Shown: piece after piece, positions 36,597-48,961 of the stretch
How positions within the stretch are numbered: position 1 is the stretch's first letter
Layout: each line of letters begins with the position of its first letter
Assembly (NCBI GenBank): GCA_963716255.1
Contig: OY970303.1
Coordinates: 928,001-992,000 of the forward strand
Direction: 5' to 3'
Length of the DNA: 64,000 nucleotides
Origin: an uncultured Gemmatimonadales bacterium
GTDB taxonomy: Bacteria; Gemmatimonadota; Gemmatimonadetes; Longimicrobiales; Longimicrobiaceae
The notes under the pieces: model-generated
Told to the model about the DNA's origin: nothing
Seen by the model: only the letters and a program-made list of their open reading frames with translations
Database searches by the model: none
Translations under genes and position numbers: made by a program

Positions 36597-37577
36597 ATGC
36601 CCCGTAACGGTTCACACATCCCGGTTGCCGAAGGCAAGAGCGACATTCTCCGCGCGCTCCCAAAGGCGTGCTCGGATGAAAACGCGGCGGTGGAGTTCCT
36701 TGAGGCGCAGCGTTGGGGCGACTGCCCCGCGTGCCCCCGGTGCGGGGACACCGATGTCCGCATGATGCGCGACAAGGACGGGAACCGCAACGCGCGCTAC
36801 CTGTGGCGCTGCTACGGCTGCAAGGGCCGCCAGTTCACCGTGCGCGTGGGCACGGTCATGGAGGACAGCCCGATCCCGCTCCGCGTGTGGTGCTTCGCCT
36901 TCTGGCAGATCAGCGCCGGCAAGAAGGGCGTGAGCGCCATGCAGATTCACCGGCAGACCGGCCTTTCGTACAAGTCGGCCCTGCTGATGATGCACCGTAT
37001 CCGGCTCGCGATGGAGGACAAGAGCCCGTCCCCGCTGGACGGCATCGTTGAAATGGACGAAACCTACGTCGGCGGGAAGCCCCGGAAGGGCGACGGCAAG
37101 GTCCACAAGCGCGGCCGGGGCACCAGCAAGCAGCCCGTTCTGGCGATGGTGGAGCGCAGCACCCCCACGCGGAAGGGGAAGGTTCGGACGCGGGTGGTCG
37201 CGGACGTGCGCGCGGACAACCTGCGGGCCGCCCTTGAGGAGTGCGTTGCTCCCTCGGCAACCATCGTGACGGACGACTACCGCGCCTATCCGAAGGCGAC
37301 CAAGGGGTATGCGGACCACCGCAGCGTGACGCACTCCGCGGGCGAGTATGCGCGCGAGGACGCGGACGGCTTCAACGTCCACAGCAACACCGTCGAGGGC
37401 GTGTTCTCGCTGCTGAAGCGCGGGATCTACGGCATCTATCACAACGTGAGCCGCAAGCACCTGCATCGGTACTGCACGGAGTTTGAGTTCCGCTACAACA
37501 CGCGGGACATGGAGGACGGCGGGCGCATCGCTGCCGCGATCCGCGGGATGGAAGGGAAGCGGCTCCGGCTCGCGTAG
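36597..37577 (+). CDS. IS1595-family (ISXO2-like DDE) transposase
   Basis: Zn ribbon CPRCG..CYGCK, VEMDETYVGG, IVTDD, HSNTVEGVFSLLKRG, HNVSRKHLHRYCTEFEFRYN. Confidence 0.96.
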   Translation: MPRNGSHIPVAEGKSDILRALPKACSDENAAVEFLEAQRWGDCPACPRCGDTDVRMMRDKDGNRNARYLWRCYGCKGRQFTVRVGTVMEDSPIPLRVWCFAFWQISAGKKGVSAMQIHRQTGLSYKSALLMMHRIRLAMEDKSPSPLDGIVEMDETYVGGKPRKGDGKVHKRGRGTSKQPVLAMVERSTPTRKGKVRTRVVADVRADNLRAALEECVAPSATIVTDDYRAYPKATKGYADHRSVTHSAGEYAREDADGFNVHSNTVEGVFSLLKRGIYGIYHNVSRKHLHRYCTEFEFRYNTRDMEDGGRIAAAIRGMEGKRLRLA

Positions 37578-37620
37578 GGACGTAGGGAGGAGAGTACAGC
37601 GCAGAAGCGCCCGCAGAGAC

Positions 37621-37654
37621 AAGGGGCGGCGGCTCGACTGAGCCGCCGCCCCTT
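37621..37654. terminator. Perfect 15-bp hairpin after the transposase
   Basis: AAGGGGCGGCGGCTC-GACT-GAGCCGCCGCCCCTT. Confidence 0.6.
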
Positions 37655-37762
37655 GCGCTTTCCTATGAAGGTACTTGTGGACTCCCCCCAATCCCGCCAT
37701 CATTAAGCGCAAGAGGGAGGAACGCAGCTCCCCGTCGGCATCTAATAGCCATCTACTGTCGA

Positions 37763-39910
37763 ATGAGCGAAGAGCTTAGAAAGCTTGGATTTCTGAAGCA
37801 CGGCCGGAAGGTCGGACCATACCAGTACTACCGGATTGGGGATACCACCGTTAACCAGCTCCGGCAGGCTAAGGTAATCCCCGACCGGCCGTATACGGGT
37901 TACGTGTCGCGCCAGCCGGACGGGCTCTTGGTGGACCGGAGGGACCCCGCAAATCCCAAGGTGATTGCGGTCATCGAAGACAAGGACCTGGGGAAGTTCA
38001 CCAGCGACGGAGACCGCCGGAAGGCGCTCCAGCAGTGCAACGACCTGTGCCAGGTGCTAGGCGCGGAAATCGGCATTGCCACCGATCAGTCGGAATGGCT
38101 CTGGATCAATCCGAACGAGCCCAACCCCGCGAACGAGTATACCGACCCGGCAGGGGTCCGGCGGAGCTATACAGAGATTTCGACCGGCGACGGGAGCCCC
38201 TTCCGCAATCCGTTCAAGATCGACCAGCCGACAGACGAAATTGAAGTCTCAAAGCTGACGGAAACGGCCCAAAAAACGCTTGAGTCTATCAACGCGGTTC
38301 GGGCGGCAATCGGCCCCAAGACTTCCCGGCTGGGGAGTGAGCCGGTCACCGATCCGTCCAAGCTGGCGCGCCAGATTTGGCAGGACGTTTGGTCCGTGGT
38401 TGGGGCCACGCCGGAAAAGTGCCTCTACACGTTCGTGGAGCTGTTCATCTTCAAGTACCTGAGCGACCTGGGAATCCTCACGATTGACGACAAGGGCAAT
38501 CGGGTCTCGTTCGACCATATCTACGGACTAGACCCGGAACTGGCGTTTAGAAACTACAGTGCGAATGTCCGACCCTGGTTGAAGAAGATGTTTCCAGAGT
38601 CGGCAGAAGACGGGACGACGATCATCAACGGTACGGTACTCAACAAGGACGTGCCGGAGCACGGCCGCGTCTTCTACAAGCTGTTGAAGCGGTTCGCGGA
38701 CTTCGGCGAGTTGCGGAACATCGATCCGCGGTTCAAGTCCAAGATTTTCGAAGACTTCATGAAGGAGAGTATCAGCGAAAAGAACCTGGGACAGTTCTTC
38801 ACCCCCCGAAACATCGTTGATGCTGTCGTGCGAATGTCGGATATCGACACCCTGCCGGAAGGGGCCAAAGTGTGCGATCCGGCATGTGGAGTCGGCGGCT
38901 TCATCTTGGAGCCGATGAAGACACACGGGGACGGGGTTCCGTACTACTACAAGGTCACCGGTCGGAAGATCAAGCCGCGGCTGGAGTTCACCGGGTTCGA
39001 CAAGGGTTTCGAGAAGGAAGAACAGCTTACGATCATCCTCGCGAAAGCGAACATGCTGATCTTCGTCTCGGAGCTGTTGAAGGCGAACGGAGCGATTTCC
39101 GAGGAATTTGCACGACTCTTCAACTCAACCTTCCACCTACTAAACCGTAGCATTCTCGGCACTTTGGCCCGGATTGAAGACGCGGACAAGTACGACCTGA
39201 TTTTAACGAATCCGCCCTATGTGACCAGCGGGAGCAGCAACTACAAAGAAGCGATCCGCAACGACGCCAGCCTGCGCGATTTCTACCAAGTGAGCGGGCT
39301 GGGTGTCGAGAGCCTGTTCCTTGAATGGATCGTGCGGTGCATCAAGCCCGGCCGGAAGGCGTTTGTCATCATCCCGGATGGGATCGTGAACCGCCTGAAT
39401 GAGCACCGGCTACGCGCCTTCATTCAGGATGAGTGCATCATAGATGCGCTGGTCTCGCTTCCGGTGAATGCGTTCTACACCACGCCGAAGAAGACGTACA
39501 TCCTGGCGGTCACGAAAAAGACCGGCGCCACGTCTGCCGAGAGGCGCGCCCAAGTGCAGACCGACCCGGTCTTTACCTACCTCGTAAGCAACATCGGGGA
39601 AACGCTGGACGTGAACCGTTTCCCGATCCCCGAGAACGACTTGGGGGATATGGAGAGCGCCTTCAACCAGTTCAAGGGCGCGAAGCGCGCGTATGTGCCT
39701 GCTTCACCTCGCTGCAAGATCCAACCGTTCACCGAGTTCGACCCGAAACAGCATTGGTCGGTGGACCGCTGGTGGACGCGAGAGGAGAAAATCGCGCTCG
39801 GCATCGAAGAGGCCGAAGCGGTGATGAGCCTAGAAGAGTTCGTGGACCGGGTGAAGGAGACGGTTAGCCTGGTGGAAGGGCTCCGCGACGATTTGGCGAA
39901 GCTGGTATGA
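37763..39910 (+). CDS. Fused restriction endonuclease / N6-adenine DNA methyltransferase (Type IIB/IIG-like)
   Basis: N-terminal PD..ExK (QPDGLLV..VIEDK..Q), GQFFTPR, DPACGVGGF, LTNPPY; lower GC than the host. Confidence 0.88.
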   Translation: MSEELRKLGFLKHGRKVGPYQYYRIGDTTVNQLRQAKVIPDRPYTGYVSRQPDGLLVDRRDPANPKVIAVIEDKDLGKFTSDGDRRKALQQCNDLCQVLGAEIGIATDQSEWLWINPNEPNPANEYTDPAGVRRSYTEISTGDGSPFRNPFKIDQPTDEIEVSKLTETAQKTLESINAVRAAIGPKTSRLGSEPVTDPSKLARQIWQDVWSVVGATPEKCLYTFVELFIFKYLSDLGILTIDDKGNRVSFDHIYGLDPELAFRNYSANVRPWLKKMFPESAEDGTTIINGTVLNKDVPEHGRVFYKLLKRFADFGELRNIDPRFKSKIFEDFMKESISEKNLGQFFTPRNIVDAVVRMSDIDTLPEGAKVCDPACGVGGFILEPMKTHGDGVPYYYKVTGRKIKPRLEFTGFDKGFEKEEQLTIILAKANMLIFVSELLKANGAISEEFARLFNSTFHLLNRSILGTLARIEDADKYDLILTNPPYVTSGSSNYKEAIRNDASLRDFYQVSGLGVESLFLEWIVRCIKPGRKAFVIIPDGIVNRLNEHRLRAFIQDECIIDALVSLPVNAFYTTPKKTYILAVTKKTGATSAERRAQVQTDPVFTYLVSNIGETLDVNRFPIPENDLGDMESAFNQFKGAKRAYVPASPRCKIQPFTEFDPKQHWSVDRWWTREEKIALGIEEAEAVMSLEEFVDRVKETVSLVEGLRDDLAKLV

Positions 39911-41001
39911 AAGCGGACTTCTCCCTGCACGACCGGCGCTACTTCCAACTTGGGATTGGAAAGCGCCGCCTGAAGGTAGAAATCTTCGGAGCTACCGAAG
40001 GTATCCCCCTCTACAGCGCGAACGCGTTAAAGCCGTTCGGCTACGTGCGCGAATCCAACGTTACGGACTTCGGGCACGATTACGTACTGTGGGGCATTGA
40101 CGGGGATTTCATGTTCAACGCGATCCCCAAGGGCACCGAGTTCGCGACGACGGACCACTGCGGCACAATCAAGATCCTACACCCCGCGATCATCCCTGAA
40201 TACCTGCTCTATCAACTGGAGCTACAGGGGCACGCGCTTGGGTTTGATCGGGGCCTTCGGGCGTCGCTGGCGAACATGAGCCGGGTTACAGTCCGACTCC
40301 CCGTGAAGCCAGACGGCACAATCGACCGGGACGCACAAACGGCACTCGTTGAAAAGTACCTCGCCGTGAAGCGCCTGAAGGCCCGCTTGCAGGAAGAGGC
40401 TGAATCGCTCTCGCGGCTGATCGTGGACGTGCCGCAGCCCGGCGAGTACCTGACGGTCCGGCTGGAAGAGCTATTCGACCTGAAACAGAAAACGAACCGG
40501 AGCGACTTCACCAAGCGTTACGTGAATGAGCGACCCGGGCCGATCCCCGTTTACAGCGCGTCCGGGGATGAAGAGCGCGCCGGGTATGGGTACGTTGCCG
40601 ACAACCTGCCAGGGATCAAGTACTTTCAGAACATCCTGACTTGGAATATCGACGGGTCCAAGTTCCGCGCGTTCTATCGCGAGGGGCGGTTCAGCCTTTC
40701 GGAGAAAGTGATTCCGCTGGTACTGCGGCCGGAATGGGAAGGGCTGGTTGACTACAACTACATTCGGCATATCATCGACCGGAAAGCAGTCGAGGCGGGG
40801 GCCGCGTATCAGAACAAGCCGGGGAAGGGGCGCATCAAGGATCTGGAACTAGAGATTCCCGCCCGGCGGGAGGACGGGGCCCTGGTGCCTGATCTGGACG
40901 GCCAGCGTGCGCTCGCGGAGCGGTATCGGTCCATCTACACGACCCAAGCCCGGCTCGTGGACGCACTCAAGGAACTGGCGGCCACGTACGTTGACGTGTG
41001 A
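39907..41001 (+). CDS. HsdS-like specificity subunit (two TRD halves)
   Basis: Internal duplication (IPLYSAN..FGYV..LWGIDG / IPVYSAS..YGYV..LTWNIDG), each half followed by a Q..L helical spacer; ATGA overlap with the MTase gene. Confidence 0.85.
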   Translation: MKADFSLHDRRYFQLGIGKRRLKVEIFGATEGIPLYSANALKPFGYVRESNVTDFGHDYVLWGIDGDFMFNAIPKGTEFATTDHCGTIKILHPAIIPEYLLYQLELQGHALGFDRGLRASLANMSRVTVRLPVKPDGTIDRDAQTALVEKYLAVKRLKARLQEEAESLSRLIVDVPQPGEYLTVRLEELFDLKQKTNRSDFTKRYVNERPGPIPVYSASGDEERAGYGYVADNLPGIKYFQNILTWNIDGSKFRAFYREGRFSLSEKVIPLVLRPEWEGLVDYNYIRHIIDRKAVEAGAAYQNKPGKGRIKDLELEIPARREDGALVPDLDGQRALAERYRSIYTTQARLVDALKELAATYVDV

Positions 41002-41076
41002 CCGGGGACGTTGACCGCATTGTGCACAGTCTACAAGTTAGAGTGTGGACAGTCCTTCCCCGCGCCAGAAAGGCCC

Positions 41077-41271
41077 ATGCGAGAGAGCGCAAGCGAGCCG
41101 TACGGCAAGCGAGCCGCCCCGGTGAACGACCGCGAGCCGGACCCCCGGGAACGGCTCCTCAAGTCGGATCTGTCGTTTGAGGATCTGACCCGCTCCATCC
41201 TCAACAAGAAGCCCCCGCCCGGCGGGTGGACCGACCGGGAGGGGGCTGGCGAGGGAGAGCCGGAGCGGTAG
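41077..41271 (+). CDS. Small hypothetical passenger protein
   Basis: 64 aa containing SDLSFEDLTRSILNKKPP; weak RBS. Confidence 0.5.
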   Translation: MRESASEPYGKRAAPVNDREPDPRERLLKSDLSFEDLTRSILNKKPPPGGWTDREGAGEGEPER

Positions 41272-41275
41272 CGCC

Positions 41276-41860
41276 CTACTTGGGCTCCTCTCCTGCTCCG
41301 TAGGTCACGCGGTGCACGCGGTGCGGGGGATAGTAGGTGTCCCCGTTCCACACTCCCCGCCCCGCCGCCATCTCTTCAACCACGGCGCGGGGCTCGCCGG
41401 GGAACGGCTGCTCCGCGAGCAACAGCCGCTCCCCGCGTGTGAACTCCACCACGGCGAACGGGGCGCGCCTGCGGTCCGTCTCCTCTTCATACGCCCGGAG
41501 TGCTTCGGGTAGCATCGTGAGCCAGGACGGCACCGGCATGGCCGCTTGGGCGTAGACGCGCCCCACGTCCTCTACAAGCATCTGTCTCACCTGCTCCCGG
41601 ATTGCGGGGGCGACATGGCGCAGCAACAGTTCCAGGAGCACCGGCGCGGTTTGTAGCTGGACCTGCTTCTGCTGCGCTGCCTCCCGCCCGTACCACTCGC
41701 GGATCTTCGTCCACGTCGCTTCATGGAGCGGCTTTCCGAGCGCGACGTTCCGCGCCCCCATCGGGCTTAACCCGACCTGTCGCGCGACCGGCCGCGTTCC
41801 CTGCTTCTCTATCGCCAGCGCCAGCGCCGCGCGCAGCTCGGCTTGCTCGGGTGTGTCCAT
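41276..41860 (-). CDS. HTH-like protein (paralogue of 41973-42338) with C-terminal extension
   Basis: GTRPVARQVGLSPMG..HEATWTKIREWY..LLRHV..PVPSWL. Confidence 0.75.
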   Translation of the reverse strand: MDTPEQAELRAALALAIEKQGTRPVARQVGLSPMGARNVALGKPLHEATWTKIREWYGREAAQQKQVQLQTAPVLLELLLRHVAPAIREQVRQMLVEDVGRVYAQAAMPVPSWLTMLPEALRAYEEETDRRRAPFAVVEFTRGERLLLAEQPFPGEPRAVVEEMAAGRGVWNGDTYYPPHRVHRVTYGAGEEPK

Positions 41861-41935
41861 CTTGTCTACCTTGTTGCAGGGCCGTGGCGTGCCGGATAGC
41901 TTGTCCAGTGTACCCTACTGAGAATCGAACGCTTC

Positions 41936-41958
41936 GAACGGTGCAGCATACACCGTTC
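41936..41958. promoter_or_regulatory. Candidate operator between the divergent HTH genes
   Basis: GAACGGTG-N7-CACCGTTC perfect inverted repeat, with overlapping TCGAACG direct repeats at 41925 and 41934. Confidence 0.45.
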
Positions 41959-41972
41959 CGGCCGGGCGGTCA

Positions 41973-42338
41973 ATGCCGTCCGGTAGCGGGGGTGTGCCTG
42001 TCGAGACGCTACGTGCCGCCGTCCGTGCCTATGCGGAGGACGTAGGCTTTCGCACGGCTGCTGAATCGGTGGGGATGTCCACGGGCGGGCTGCATGCCTT
42101 CATCGGCGGCACCACGCCGCACGAACGCACCGTCCGCAAGTTGCTGGCGTGGTACGCGGCGACAGCGGAGGACCGGGGCGAGGATCTGACGGCGGAGCTG
42201 GTGCGGACGGTGCTCGGGTCGCTGGTGCGGCACCTGCCGGAAGGGGAGAGGGACGCGGCCATGCGGGGCATGCTCGCGGATCTACGAAAGCGGACCGAAG
42301 CAGCGAAAGTGCCCGTCCCGAAGTGGCTCAAGAAGTAG
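41973..42338 (+). CDS. HTH-like protein
   Basis: GFRTAAESVGMSTGG..PHERTVRKLLAWY..LVRHL..PVPKWL. Confidence 0.78.
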   Translation: MPSGSGGVPVETLRAAVRAYAEDVGFRTAAESVGMSTGGLHAFIGGTTPHERTVRKLLAWYAATAEDRGEDLTAELVRTVLGSLVRHLPEGERDAAMRGMLADLRKRTEAAKVPVPKWLKK

Positions 42339-42378
42339 AGCCCCGCCTACACCGTTAACACGGCGGGCGGGGCTCTCT
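42337..42378 (+). terminator. Hairpin after the HTH gene
   Basis: AGAGCCCCGCC...GGCGGGGCTCT. Confidence 0.5.
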
Positions 42379-42724
42379 GCTGTTATACTTGTCTGGCGCT
42401 CGCGGGGCTCTTTGCCGCTCCTTTGGTGGCTTCCTAGCTACTGTGCGCCAAGTACATACTTCCGGAAGATTTTAAACCCACTGTTTCTCCTCTGGACCGG
42501 TGGCCGGGAAGCCTAGACTTTTTCAGCAACCTGCTATATCCCCCGTGCCGGGGGAGGGGCATGCCCGCGCTGCGCCGTCGCCATTGCCGTGTCGTGCTCC
42601 CCCTCTCCTCCTTGTGGGAGAGGGGGTCGGAGGGTGAGGGGTACCGCCGGGGCACACACGACGACGCCCCCGCCGGGAGGTCCCGGAGGGGGCGTCTTTC
42701 ATGTTCTTCGTACTTCGTTTCGCG

Positions 42725-42997
42725 TCAGGCGGCGACCTGCGTGGGGCAGACCAGCACGTTGGAGGCGGCGGCGAAGAAGGGCTTCGCGCCCACCACGTTC
42801 TTGAGCTTCAGCTCCAGCAGCCGGCTCCCGTCCCCCGTGCGGCCCAGCACCTTCACCACCTCCGCCACCCCGCCCACGCAGAATACCTCGTCTCCCGATT
42901 TCAGGAGCCGCTCCGCACCCGTCGGCCAGTCCGGGTGCGCTTCGCGGTTCACGTAAACGTCCTCCTCGCGAATCCGATTCGAACCGTTTCCGTTCAT
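42725..42997 (-). CDS. Hypothetical protein (90 aa)
   Basis: AAGGAG RBS before ATG at 42997; hairpin at 42664-42700 downstream. Confidence 0.75.
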   Translation of the reverse strand: MNGNGSNRIREEDVYVNREAHPDWPTGAERLLKSGDEVFCVGGVAEVVKVLGRTGDGSRLLELKLKNVVGAKPFFAAASNVLVCPTQVAA

Positions 42998-43342
42998 GTC
43001 GGTACTCCTTTGTGTGGCGGCGCGGGGCCTGCCCGGTGCGGCAGGGTGCCCACCCGCGGGATGGTCGGTGGGCCGAGGGCGCGGGCCTCGTCGACGGCGG
43101 CGGCGCGGTGCCAAGCCCGTGCCGCGGCGACACTTCCCCGGAACGGCGAGGGAACGGGCCGACCGCGGCGCGCCTGGGGGCGTCCGCGGGGGGTCGTTCC
43201 GGGGGGAGCGCCCGTGGGCGCTCTCCGTATCACGGCGGCATACACCGGAGTTATAAAAAAGTTTCCCGGCGCGGGACGGGCGCTTTTCGCGCCCGCCGCC
43301 GTCCGGCCGCTCCGGCGAAGCCGCCCCCTGCCCTCACCGGGC

Positions 43343-43669
43343 TCAGGCGTGGAGCGGCTCCAGCCGGCCTTCCTTGCCCAGCACCAGCGCCTTCTCCGGG
43401 CCCCGGCTCAGCCGCGAGAGCCAGTGCCCGGCGCGGAGCTGCTCCAGCAGCTGCGGCGCGTCGAACAGCCCCATGGCCTCGTGCGTCACGTGCAGGAAGA
43501 GGTCGCCCCCGTCCGGGCCCGACTGGAAGCGCCACACGTGCCGCCCCCGCTCGTTCCGCTCGGCGGTGCGGACGGTGTCCCACTTGCGGCGCACCTGCCG
43601 CCGGATCGCGCCCCCCATCTCGTGCGCGACGCGGTCCAGCTTCTCCCGATCGTTTCCGTTCGCTTCCAT
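43343..43669 (-). CDS. Hypothetical protein (108 aa)
   Basis: GGAGGT RBS before ATG at 43669; GC3-biased codons. Confidence 0.75.
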   Translation of the reverse strand: MEANGNDREKLDRVAHEMGGAIRRQVRRKWDTVRTAERNERGRHVWRFQSGPDGGDLFLHVTHEAMGLFDAPQLLEQLRAGHWLSRLSRGPEKALVLGKEGRLEPLHA

Positions 43670-43849
43670 GCGCAACCTCCGGTCCGGGTGGGGCGCGGGT
43701 CGCGCGCCCCACGGACGTAGCCGGCGGCACGGACTGCGCCGCCGGGCTGAACGAGCGTAGGAATACCGCTCAGGTGCTTGATACCCCGCCAATCCGATTT
43801 CGGCCACTCGGTGTCGGAAAGGACGGGAAAAAGAATGGGGGGAGGGTGC

Positions 43850-43976
43850 GGGCGTGCCCCCGGCTGGCGCCGGGGTCGGGCTGCGGCTCCGTAACGCAGC
43901 AAACAACGCTGCGTAACGGAGGCGAGCCCCGGAAACTGCCCCGGGTCTCGCCGCTTCGCGCTCGCATCCCTCACGC
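43850..43976 (+). repeat. Family A repeat, copy 5 (slightly degenerate)
   Basis: GGGCGTGCCCCCGG..ATCCCTCACGC. Confidence 0.92.
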
Positions 43977-44095
43977 AAGCATCGCGCTGGCGTCCGCCAG
44001 GTGGGCCCCCTCACCCCCCGGCCCCCTCCCCCGCGAGGGGGGAGGGGGAGCACGACACACCCGGAGTCGAGGGTCGGGAAGCCCTCCCCCAGAAT

Positions 44096-44126
44096 GGCGC
44101 TTCACGCTTTGCGTGAACCGTATGAA
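44096..44126 (+). repeat. 31-bp mini-element (family D) in the loop of a family B hairpin
   Basis: GGCGCTTCACGCTTTGCGTGAACCGTATGAA. Confidence 0.85.
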
Positions 44127-44264
44127 GGGGGAGGGTGGCGAGCCTCGAGCGAGCCGGGTGGGGGCGGCGGACGCCAGCGCGAGACCTTCTGCGCGCACGG
44201 GAAAAGCCCCTCCCCTGCTTGCGGGGGATTGGAGGGGGCAAGCCGTGGGGAGGGGGCCGCCGTC

Positions 44265-44396
44265 GCGTGAGGGATTCCGGCCCGAAGGGGCGAGACCCCG
44301 CGGGCAGTTTCGCGGGGGCTCGACTCCGTTACGCACGGTTGTTTCGTGCGTTACGGAGCCGAAGCCCGACCCCCGCGCCCCGCGGGGGGCACGCCC
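44265..44396 (-). repeat. Family A repeat, copy 6 (inverted relative to copy 5)
   Basis: GCGTGAGGGAT..GGCACGCCC; first hairpin replaced by CCCCCGCG/CGCGGGGG. Confidence 0.93.
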
Positions 44397-44408
44397 GACT
44401 CCTGCCGT

Positions 44409-48812
<4,404 letters not shown>

Positions 48813-48961
48813 CGGGCGTCGGTCGGGGTGTGCGGCCGCGGCCGCGGGCCGGGGACGCGGGGCGGTTTGCAGGAAGCACGCCGTGCCCGCTTCTTGCTGT
48901 GCGGGGGCCGCTCTCCGCGGCGGCGCGGAGACCAACGTCCACGAACGTGCCGGGAGCAAAC

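Larger units (their letters stand above)
36514..42464 (+). mobile_element. IS1595-family transporter element with passenger genes (5951 bp)
   Basis: 32-bp TIRs CGGAAGTATGTACTTG(A/G)CGCACA(A/G)TAGCTAGG at 36514-36545 and 42433-42464 (2 mismatches); 8-bp TSD GAAGATTT at 36506-36513 and 42465-42472. Confidence 0.95.
36385..42533. mobile_element. Non-autonomous MITE (~190 bp; IS5/IS1182-like ends) interrupted by the IS1595 element
   Basis: Perfect 18-bp TIR CAGGTTGCTGAAAAAGTC (36385-36402 and 42516-42533); CTAT duplicated at 36381-36384 and 42534-42537. Confidence 0.88.

Noticed and set aside
37763..41001. Classical Type I R-M system
   Set aside because: There is no HsdR helicase within the element, and the nuclease-like motif is fused to the MTase.
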